Source: Malacoraja senta (lineage: Eukaryota). From it: a stretch of DNA of 64,000 nucleotides. Every line of letters starts with the position of its first letter. Within the stretch, counting starts at the first letter, position 1. Position numbers and translations under genes: made by a program. Location of the stretch: the NCBI GenBank assembly GCA_038087875.1, contig JAXLNO010002508.1, forward strand, positions 62,001 through 126,000, written 5' to 3'. The notes below the pieces were generated by a model. The model was not told where the DNA came from. It made no database searches and saw only the letters and a list, made by a program, of their open reading frames with translations. Shown piece after piece: positions 60,001 through 64,000 of the stretch.

Positions 60001-60998
60001 TTGGCCCATATCCGTCAAAACCTTTTCTATCCATGAGCTGTCCAAATGTTTCTTAAACATTGTGGTAGTACCTGCCTCAACTACATCCTCTTGCAGCCCC
60101 TGCCACACACCTACCACTATTTGTGTCAAAGCATTGCCCCACAGGTTCCTATTATTTATTTCCCCATCACCTTGAACATGTCCTCTGGTTCTTGAATGGT
60201 TCTATAATGATTTGCAACTAATAACTCATAAATACAGGAAACAAGGGTACCCAGTTAGCCTTTGAGATTAATCCGTATCCTGGTCCCATTTTGCACAGTC
60301 CCCAACATTGAAACTTTGGTTTTTGTTTAACCAGTCTCAGATTTAAAATTAACAGGTGATTTAGCATGAAGTTCATCAAGCATAGCTTTTCCCCAGTGGA
60401 GAAAAGTGAATTATTTTTGAACATCTCCTATTAATTATCTATCAGTTTATCCATCAACAGTTTACCACACAGCAAGTTCAAGTTAGCCTCACCTAAATCT
60501 ATAATTTTGGAAGTTGTGCAATGCATCTTTTAAATGCTTCATTGAAGTGAATCATATTTTGAATGTCACTTTACAAATGCCCACAAACCATTGACTGGTA
60601 ACTAAACCCGACTCCTTTCTAAATCTGTTAAAGTTCCTTTTGTTACAATTTTGATATCCCGAACCCATAATCTTGCAGCATCTTTATATAATTAGCCATA
60701 GAGTGATAAAGTGTGGAAACAGACCCTTCGGCCCAATTTGCCCTTACCAGCCAACATGTCCCAGCTACACTAGTCCCACCTGCCCACTTGTCCATATCCC
60801 TCCAAATCTGTCCTATCCATGTATTCATTGCAAAGCTTCAAAGTAAGTGCAAATATTTAATGTCTCCCTCACCTGTTCGTCGGAGATATTTTGAAATGCT
60901 TGTAACATGTTTGGACAAGTAGGAAGAAGCATTAACAGTTCCCAAACACGCCGCGACAGGTTTTCTGCGTGAAGGTGCAATTCTTCACAGCGCACAGT
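1..60998 (-). CDS. USP34: USP34 ubiquitin carboxyl-terminal hydrolase 34; internal part of the gene, 39 coding exons (3987 nt, 1329 codons), continuing beyond both window edges
   Basis: Spliced translation matches recalled vertebrate USP34 ([13 protein letters not shown] Cys-box, [11 protein letters not shown] His-box, WYLFND). All introns are GT-AG, phases match, no internal stop. Confidence 0.97.
669..816 (-). CDS. USP34: USP34 exon
   Basis: [49 protein letters not shown]. Confidence 0.96.
1016..1104 (-). mobile_element. Short Penelope terminal-repeat unit with hammerhead core
   Basis: Reverse complement reads gtCTGAAGAaggatctcgacccGAAACGTCacc...gagttactccagc; same family as 11671-11891, 43664-43770 and 61375. 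Confidence 0.75.
1707..1811 (-). CDS. USP34: USP34 exon
   Basis: [35 protein letters not shown]. Confidence 0.96.
2091..3704 (+). mobile_element. Tc1-family DNA transposon (DD34E), defective
   Basis: ~220-bp IR/DR-type TIRs. Fragmented transposase ~2444-3461 with [27 protein letters not shown] and SPDLNPIE (34 residues D-E); frameshifts and stops; right terminus damaged. Confidence 0.93.
4057..4250 (+). mobile_element. Rex1/Babar-type LINE 3' UTR fragment
   Basis: Matches the 3' tails at 32083-32630, 34555-34765 and 39965-40850; ends caataaactaaactgaactga. Confidence 0.7.
4497..4757 (-). mobile_element. CR1 LINE 3' end (family A)
   Basis: Reverse complement matches the 3' ends at 29840-30060 and 63560-63800 ([10 protein letters not shown], ctattgtcta tail). 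Confidence 0.9.
5050..5094 (-). CDS. USP34: USP34 exon
   Basis: [15 protein letters not shown]. Confidence 0.95.
5210..5314 (-). CDS. USP34: USP34 exon
   Basis: [35 protein letters not shown]. Confidence 0.96.
6083..6131 (-). CDS. USP34: USP34 exon
   Basis: [16 protein letters not shown]. Confidence 0.95.
6411..6574 (-). CDS. USP34: USP34 exon with acidic tract; acceptor apparently shifted by 12 nt
   Basis: [54 protein letters not shown](R); the nearest in-frame AG is at 6575-6576. Confidence 0.88.
8088..8162 (-). CDS. USP34: USP34 exon
   Basis: [25 protein letters not shown]. Confidence 0.96.
8274..8442 (-). CDS. USP34: USP34 exon
   Basis: [56 protein letters not shown]. Confidence 0.96.
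10273..10585 (+). mobile_element. HE1-like tRNA-derived V-SINE, degraded
   Basis: B-box ggttcaacc, V-domain-like core, CR1-like 3' tail gggccaaaggg...ctgta. Confidence 0.7.
10850..12080 (-). mobile_element. Penelope-like element fragment (GIY-YIG region) with inverted pseudo-LTR
   Basis: Minus strand reads [16 protein letters not shown] (GIY-YIG like). Terminal repeat at 10850-10905 and an opposite-orientation pLTR from ~11540-12080. Confidence 0.82.
11671..11891. mobile_element. Fold-back Penelope-terminus unit with 17-bp target duplication
   Basis: Arms ~11708-11787 and ~11812-11891 are reverse complements. Flanks: tatcaacgtattacctg (11654-11670) / tatcaacgtattgcctg (11892-11908). Confidence 0.8.
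12421..14245. mobile_element. Rex1/Babar LINE with 5' inversion (minus 12421-~13790, plus 13824-14245)
   Basis: RT motifs [31 protein letters not shown] and VKFTDDT on minus; 3' end with aataaa/attc tail on plus. Confidence 0.88.
12532..12731 (-). repeat. ~53-bp tandem array (4 units) of Penelope-terminus sequence inserted in the Rex LINE
   Basis: Unit cacaaaaatgctggagaaactcagcgggtgcagcagcatctatggagcgaaggaa; flanked by tgcctgtggcag / tgtctgtggcag. Confidence 0.88.
15265..15505 (+). mobile_element. Internally deleted Rex1/Babar fragment
   Basis: [18 protein letters not shown]...RLGKHI fused directly to the 3' terminal region seen at 13970-14055. Confidence 0.8.
15503..15810 (+). mobile_element. 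Penelope pseudo-LTR with degenerate hammerhead core
   Basis: Matches 61170-61430; CTGAAGAagggtctcgacctGAAAC at 15730. Confidence 0.75.
16134..16219 (-). CDS. USP34: USP34 exon
   Basis: [28 protein letters not shown](G). Confidence 0.96.
16423..16503 (-). CDS. USP34: USP34 exon
   Basis: [27 protein letters not shown]. Confidence 0.96.
16998..18602 (-). mobile_element. Tc1-family DNA transposon, defective
   Basis: TIRs start cagtgcattcagaaagtattcagacccc; TA on both sides (16996-97, 18603-04). Transposase 18202-17219 ([34 protein letters not shown]) has frameshifts and deletions. Confidence 0.95.
18605..18940 (-). mobile_element. Short non-autonomous LINE-derived element with L2-like 3' tail
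   Basis: Minus strand ends gtaaggtgtccttggg...aaaggcgcc...taaataaaatg(att)n; the 5' part has aagatggcg and a GC hairpin. Confidence 0.6.
19569..19634 (-). CDS. USP34: USP34 exon
   Basis: [22 protein letters not shown]. Confidence 0.95.
20373..20420 (-). CDS. USP34: USP34 exon
   Basis: [16 protein letters not shown]. Confidence 0.95.
20681..21010 (+). mobile_element. Old Penelope RT fragment
   Basis: gatccacaagcaggactgtccaggcaga encodes (K)IHKQDCPGR, a PLE RT N-terminal motif; homologous to 21700-21990. Confidence 0.6.
21050..21125 (-). CDS. USP34: USP34 exon
   Basis: [25 protein letters not shown]. Confidence 0.95.
21221..21285 (-). CDS. USP34: USP34 exon
   Basis: [21 protein letters not shown](G). 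Confidence 0.95.
21385..22450 (+). mobile_element. Old degraded Penelope RT region
   Basis: IHKQDC-GR motif at ~21865 and a [11 protein letters not shown]-like stretch at ~22410. Confidence 0.55.
22490..22790 (+). mobile_element. CR1 LINE 3' fragment
   Basis: [10 protein letters not shown]-like sequence, CR1 3' stem and tail. Confidence 0.7.
22908..23003 (-). CDS. USP34: USP34 exon (end of USP domain, SAYMLFY)
   Basis: [32 protein letters not shown]. Confidence 0.96.
23875..24094 (+). mobile_element. 5'-truncated Vingi/Ingi-like non-LTR retrotransposon with 13-bp TSD
   Basis: C-terminal Zn-knuckle [26 protein letters not shown]...AW, very short 3' UTR ending ccatacg + A-rich. TSD agaaacgtccgtt (23862-74) / agaaacatccgtt (24095-107). 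Confidence 0.7.
25338..25473. other. Assembly gap (136 N)
   Basis: Run of N. Confidence 1.
25651..25800. repeat. Imperfect ~21-bp tandem repeat (cccatagcgctatgtttaaag) inside the hAT-like element
   Basis: Repeated atagcgct/agcact + tttaaa units. Confidence 0.75.
26145..26198 (-). CDS. USP34: USP34 exon
   Basis: [18 protein letters not shown]. Confidence 0.95.
26623..27282. mobile_element. Harbinger-like MITE with CpG-rich internal minisatellite
   Basis: Imperfect ~40-bp TIRs (ggctctgtctcacggtgttgcggtcatcggcgg / cgccgccaatgaccgcagacacgtgagacaggcc), TAA on the left; ~84-bp GC-rich unit x3 at 26842-27108. Confidence 0.72.
27825..30061 (+). mobile_element. CR1 LINE ORF2 (family A), 5'-truncated with an internal deletion
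   Basis: 391-aa open stretch ([32 protein letters not shown]), then [21 protein letters not shown] and [10 protein letters not shown]. Confidence 0.96.
30271..30349 (-). CDS. USP34: USP34 exon (FND motif)
   Basis: [26 protein letters not shown]. Confidence 0.96.
30713..30863 (-). CDS. USP34: USP34 exon with catalytic His-box
   Basis: [49 protein letters not shown](W). Confidence 0.97.
31732..31904 (-). CDS. USP34: USP34 exon
   Basis: [57 protein letters not shown]. Confidence 0.96.
32083..32630 (-). mobile_element. Rex1/Babar-type LINE 3' fragment
   Basis: [16 protein letters not shown]-like coding end plus the shared 3' UTR and aaactc tail. Confidence 0.75.
32872..32966 (-). CDS. USP34: USP34 exon
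   Basis: [31 protein letters not shown](R). Confidence 0.96.
33472..33549 (-). CDS. USP34: USP34 exon
   Basis: [26 protein letters not shown]. Confidence 0.95.
33643..33699 (-). CDS. USP34: USP34 exon
   Basis: [19 protein letters not shown]. Confidence 0.95.
33783..33929 (-). CDS. USP34: USP34 exon (GEQKD, QQD-box equivalent)
   Basis: [49 protein letters not shown]. Confidence 0.96.
34020..34085 (-). CDS. USP34: USP34 exon
   Basis: [22 protein letters not shown]. Confidence 0.95.
34555..34765 (-). mobile_element. Rex1/Babar-type LINE 3' UTR fragment
   Basis: Reverse complement matches 4057-4250. Confidence 0.72.
34814..36439 (-). mobile_element. Full-length Passport-like Tc1 transposon (DD34E), near-intact
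   Basis: ~213-bp TIRs starting cagtggcttgcaaaagt, TA on both sides. Transposase frame 36060-35032 is continuous except for one TAG at 35209-35211. Confidence 0.96.
35032..36060 (-). pseudogene. Tc1 transposase with a single nonsense codon
   Basis: [29 protein letters not shown]-x-E (34 spacing); after the TAG the frame continues [15 protein letters not shown]...AAKGGSTKY*. Confidence 0.92.
37731..39490 (+). mobile_element. Old Rex1/Babar LINE fragments interrupted by an LTR-like insert
   Basis: [30 protein letters not shown] and FYRCTVES motifs across frameshifts; 3' tail near 39480. Confidence 0.75.
38492..39079 (+). mobile_element. Probable solo LTR
   Basis: tatca...tgaca ends, TATAAAA at 38585, AATAAA at ~39003, internal direct repeats; no clear TSD. 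Confidence 0.5.
40284..40792 (-). mobile_element. LTR-like insertion (TG...CA) with 5-bp TSD, spanning a gap
   Basis: agcat|tgtaat ... cagaca|agcat; minus-strand AATAAA (tttatt ~40404). Confidence 0.72.
40534..40688. other. Assembly gap (155 N)
   Basis: Run of N. Confidence 1.
41118..41770 (+). mobile_element. Penelope-like GIY-YIG fragment plus pLTR, degraded
   Basis: [13 protein letters not shown]...[14 protein letters not shown] and [12 protein letters not shown] motifs. Confidence 0.8.
42540..42703 (-). CDS. USP34: USP34 exon with catalytic Cys-box
   Basis: [54 protein letters not shown]. Confidence 0.97.
43659..43770 (+). mobile_element. Short Penelope-terminus unit with hammerhead core and 10-bp TSD
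   Basis: gtcccaatac at 43649-58 and 43771-80; CTGAAGAagggtctcgacccGAAACATC at 43666. Confidence 0.75.
44054..44324 (+). mobile_element. HE1-like tRNA-derived V-SINE
   Basis: A-box-like tgatgcagctgg, B-box ggttcaatcc, V-domain tttgcatgttctccc...gggtttcctccc, ctaaactaaa tail. Confidence 0.78.
44655..45570. mobile_element. Tigger/pogo-like non-autonomous DNA transposon
   Basis: Degenerate TIRs caggcactctccggcttacataa / ttacataattcagggagtgtctt with subterminal cgactta repeats; GC-rich interior; a PLE unit is inserted at ~45365-45510. Confidence 0.5.
46723..46906 (-). CDS. USP34: USP34 exon
   Basis: [37 protein letters not shown]...AQHMQ. Confidence 0.95.
47741..47861 (-). CDS. USP34: USP34 exon
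   Basis: [40 protein letters not shown]. Confidence 0.95.
47946..48001 (-). CDS. USP34: USP34 exon
   Basis: [18 protein letters not shown](S). Confidence 0.95.
49044..49148 (-). CDS. USP34: USP34 exon
   Basis: [35 protein letters not shown]. Confidence 0.93.
50080..50232 (-). CDS. USP34: USP34 exon
   Basis: [22 protein letters not shown]...[10 protein letters not shown]. Confidence 0.95.
50395..50519 (-). CDS. USP34: USP34 exon
   Basis: (V)[41 protein letters not shown]. Confidence 0.95.
50580..50772. mobile_element. Fold-back Penelope-terminus unit (older)
   Basis: Minus arm followed by a plus arm of the same repeat family. Confidence 0.65.
51101..51141 (-). CDS. USP34: USP34 exon (41 bp)
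   Basis: [13 protein letters not shown]; phases fit both neighbours. Confidence 0.93.
52904..52986 (-). CDS. USP34: USP34 exon
   Basis: [27 protein letters not shown](R); ends in phase 2. Confidence 0.92.
53087..53287 (-). CDS. USP34: USP34 exon
   Basis: [29 protein letters not shown]...GLHIPRLTE. Confidence 0.95.
53565..54047 (-). mobile_element. CR1 LINE 3' end (family B)
   Basis: [21 protein letters not shown]...TRGHGFK...GRWD*; (ctctatga)-type tail. Confidence 0.9.
54868..54954 (-). CDS. USP34: USP34 exon
   Basis: [29 protein letters not shown]. Confidence 0.95.
54978..55430 (-). mobile_element. Old CR1 3' fragment
   Basis: [12 protein letters not shown]-like coding remnant and CR1 tail. 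Confidence 0.7.
55950..57258 (+). mobile_element. Old CR1 ORF2 fragment interrupted by a SINE
   Basis: VYLNFQKAF|[25 protein letters not shown] and 3' end motifs. Confidence 0.85.
56009..56303 (-). mobile_element. HE1-like V-SINE nested in CR1 with TSD
   Basis: V-domain gggttttctccgggtgctccggtttccacccacactccaaa; CR1-like tail; aaggctttg / aaggcctttg duplication. Confidence 0.85.
57674..57757 (-). CDS. USP34: USP34 exon
   Basis: [28 protein letters not shown]. Confidence 0.95.
59127..59249 (-). CDS. USP34: USP34 exon
   Basis: [41 protein letters not shown]; aag/gtaa flanks. Confidence 0.9.
59900..60195 (-). mobile_element. CR1 3' fragment (family B)
   Basis: Homologous to 53565-53870. Confidence 0.75.
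60697..60822 (-). mobile_element. CR1 3' UTR fragment (family B)
   Basis: Homologous to 53572-53700. Confidence 0.75.
60873..60998 (-). CDS. USP34: USP34 exon (1st in window)
   Basis: [42 protein letters not shown]; AG/GT flanks. Confidence 0.92.
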
Positions 60999-61130
60999 CT
61001 ACATGCAGCATGAGGAAATAAAAGGTCATATTGTAAATGTAACAGTCAAAGGTTCAAAGGTTTTTATTAGTCACATACACCAATTGGTGTAGTGAAATGC
61101 GTATTGCCATTGCAAAAAAGAGAAAATTGT

Positions 61131-61430
61131 CAGCACCTCATATTTCGCTTGGGCAGCTTACACCCCAGCAGTATGAATATTAACTTCTCCAACTTCAAGT
61201 AATCCTTGCTTTTCCTCTCTCTTCATTCCTCCCCCTTACCCCCACCCTTATCTCTGTTTGCTTTGTTGTCACCTTCCAGCTAACAATGATCTATTCTACA
61301 TTTTCCTTTTATCTTCATCTATTTTGATCTCTTACACTTCTTATCTCTGTGACTCCCTCTCCTTGACTCTCAATCTGAAGAAGGGTCTCGACCCGAAACG
61401 TCACCAATTCCTTCTACCTAATAGATGCGC
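61131..61430 (+). mobile_element. Penelope ORF end plus pLTR
   Basis: [23 protein letters not shown] followed by pLTR. Confidence 0.8.
61373..61405 (+). ncRNA. Minimal type-I hammerhead ribozyme motif (best-preserved copy)
   Basis: CTGAAGA - a gggtc tc gaccc (stem II) - GAAAC GTC; palindromic ACGT in a minimal stem III; stem I is very short. Confidence 0.62.
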
Positions 61431-62322
61431 AGTGGAGAAAATATTCATAAAACTATTCACTTCTACATCCAAACTAACAGAAGAGGTTATTAATTATTTT
61501 TCAGCCTGGTAAAATCCATGGCTCGGGATGATCCAGATCTATCATTACCATACCGGGAAAACAAAAAGTTTAATGAATTTTAAAATAGTTCTAGTAAAAT
61601 AGAAATTAGAGAAACATAACATTTTGTGCTGCAACAAATGAAAACTTCCTTTGGTGTATGTCAAATTACGTATCAATGTCTCTTCCCCCCTGAAGAATTA
61701 ATTAGTATGCTTTGGCTATTTAATTCATACTATTTTTTCTCCTTCTCATAGAATAATGTAATTATCCATTAGGAACAAAAAAGAGAATGTTGGAAGAGAT
61801 TTCGTGCATATCCATTGGAAGATATCTGGTATACTGCAAACAATTAAACTGCTCTGGAAACTGTTATGTTATATTGTTATATATTATCTCTTTGGAGAGA
61901 CCTTATCAACCACACTTATCATCACAATGGTAATTAGCTCGGGAAATGCTTTGAGCCATCATATGACAAATTAACCTTCAACGTCAAGCAATTTCATTAA
62001 AGCTTAACTTTTTATGGGCTGGTATAGATTGGTTTAAATTTTTTGGATTCTGAATTTGAGTTTAGTATCTTATCATAAATTACTCATTACAAGTAAAATA
62101 GTAACTGATAATTTTCTGTTATATGGGATTTGGCTTTGCACAAAATTGGTTGCTGCATAATAATTTCTACACTTCAAAAAAAAGTGATTGTATCCCATCA
62201 AAAATCTTCTTAAAATTCCCCAATTTCAAATGTACATGCAATTGCCCTATCTAAATGATAAAGCATATTTTGGAAGCAAAAGGTTAAAAGGAATTTTAAA
62301 TAGACTGGTCATATCTTGTGAT

Positions 62323-63801
62323 GCAGTGACTAGTGGGGTACCGCTAGGCTCGGTGCTGGGACCGCAGCTATTTACAATATACATCAATGATTTAGATGAA
62401 GGGATTCAAAGTAACATTAGCAAATTTGCAGATGACACAAAGCTGGGTGGCAGTGTGAACTGTGAGGATACTATGAGAATGCAGGGTGACTTGGACAGGT
62501 TGGGTGAGTGGGCAGATGCATGGCAGATGTGGTTTAATGTAGATAAATGTAAGGTTATCCACTTTGGTAGCAAAAACAGGAAGGCAGATTTTTATCTAAA
62601 TGGTGTCAAGTTGGGAAAAGGGGAAGTACAACGGTATCTGGGGGGTCCTTGTTCATCAGTCAATGGTTTTAACTAATCTTTTTCTCTTCACATATCTATA
62701 AAAACGTTTGCAGTCAGTTTTTATGTTCCCTGCCAGTTTTCTTTCATAATCTATTTTCCCTTTCCTAATTAAGCCCTTTGTCCTCCTCTGCTGGATTCTG
62801 AATTTCTCCCAGTCCTCTGGTAGGCTGCTTTTTCTGGCTAATTTGTATGCTTCATCTTTTGTTTTGATACTATCCCTGATTTCCCTTGTTATCCACGGAT
62901 GCACTATCTTCCCTGATAAGCTTCCAGTGAAGGTGGTGGAGGCAGGTTCATTTTTATCATTTAAAAATAAATTGGATAGTTATATGGACGGGAAAGGAAT
63001 GGAGGGTTATGGTCTGAGCGCAGGTATATGGGACTAGGGAAGAATACGTGTTCGGCACGGACTAGAAGGGTCGAGATGGCCTGTTTCCATGCAGTAATTG
63101 TTATATGGTTATATGGTTATATGGAAAGTAAGCATGTATGTGCAGCAGGCAGTGAAGAAAGTGAATTGCATGTTGGCCTTCATAACAAGAGGAGTTGAGT
63201 ATAGGAGCAAAGAGGTCCTTCTGAAGTTGTACAGGGCCCTAGTGAGACCACAGCTGGAGTATTGTGTGCAGTTTTGGTCCCCTAATTTGAGGAAGGACAT
63301 TCTTGCTATTGAGGGAGTGCAGCGTAGGTTTACAAGGTTAATTCCCGGGATGGCGGGACTGTCATATGCTGAGAGAATGGAGTGGCTGGACTTGTATACT
63401 CTGGAATTTAGAAGGATGAGAGGGAATCTTATTGAAACATATAAGATTATTAAGGGTTTGGACACGCTAGAGGCAGGAAACATGTTCCCAATGTTGGGGG
63501 AGTCCAGAACCAGGGGCCACAGCTTAAGAATAAGGGGTAAGCCATTTAGAATGGAGATGAGGAAACACTTTTTCACACAGAGAGTTGTGAGTCTGTGGAA
63601 TTCTCTGCCTCAGGATGTGGAGGCCGGTTCTCTGGATAGTTTCAAGAGAGAGCTAGATAGGGCTCTTAAAGATAGCGGAGTCAGGGGATATGGGGAGAAG
63701 GCAGGAACGGGGTACTGATTGGGGATGATCAGCCATGATCATATTGAATGGTGGTGCTGGCTTGAAGGGCCGAATGGCCTACTCCTGCACCTATTGTCTA
63801 T
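62323..63801 (+). mobile_element. CR1 LINE (family A), 5'-truncated, with nested insertion
   Basis: [38 protein letters not shown], ctattgtcta tail. Confidence 0.95.
62666..63124. mobile_element. Nested chimeric insert: inverted family-A ORF2 piece (62666-62917) plus the 3' end of another CR1 family (62918-63124)
   Basis: Inverted part matches 28234-28484 on the opposite strand; second part ends in (ttatatgg)3. Confidence 0.85.
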
Positions 63802-63821
63802 ATCTCATGTGATCTTTCTAA

Positions 63822-63951
63822 GTTTAAGAAAGAACTGCAGATGCAGGAAAAATAGAAGGTAGACAAAAATGCTGGAGAAACTCAGCGGGTGAGGCAGCAT
63901 CTATGGAGAAAAGGAATAGATGACGTTTCAGGTCGAGACCCTTCTTCAAAC
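63822..63951 (-). mobile_element. Penelope-terminus unit with mutated hammerhead core
   Basis: Same family as 43664-43770; core reads TTGAAGA. Confidence 0.75.
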
Positions 63952-64000
63952 TTTCTAAAAGTTTGTCAGCATAGCTCAGAGGTCTTTTTTTTGTCAGCAC

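Noticed and set aside
61000-64000. Search for a further upstream USP34 exon
   Set aside because: No matching peptide with splice sites found; it probably lies beyond the window.

Overview
Vertebrate genomic DNA, most likely from a cartilaginous fish (skate/ray/shark), inferred from its repeats: HE1-like V-SINEs, CR1, Rex1/Babar, Penelope-like elements (PLEs) and fish-type Tc1. The whole window lies inside one minus-strand gene, USP34 (ubiquitin-specific peptidase 34). I traced 39 consecutive coding exons from 60998 down to 1 (last one truncated), all with GT-AG introns and matching phases. They join into 3987 nt / 1329 codons with no stop and include the full USP catalytic domain. Introns are either about 85-115 bp or kb-scale and filled with transposons: three Tc1 (DD34E) elements, CR1 and Rex1/Babar LINEs, Penelope fragments, HE1-like SINEs, two probable solo LTRs, hAT-, Harbinger- and Tigger-like non-autonomous elements, and a Vingi-like 3' fragment. 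There are two assembly gaps. Most notable: (1) many dispersed PLE-terminal units carrying a minimal type-I hammerhead ribozyme core, some inserted alone with target-site duplications; (2) a Rex1/Babar copy with twin-priming geometry; (3) a near-intact Passport-like Tc1; (4) a chimeric CR1 nested in another CR1; (5) an apparent 12-nt splice-acceptor shift in USP34. Family assignments come from recalled motifs; no database search was run.
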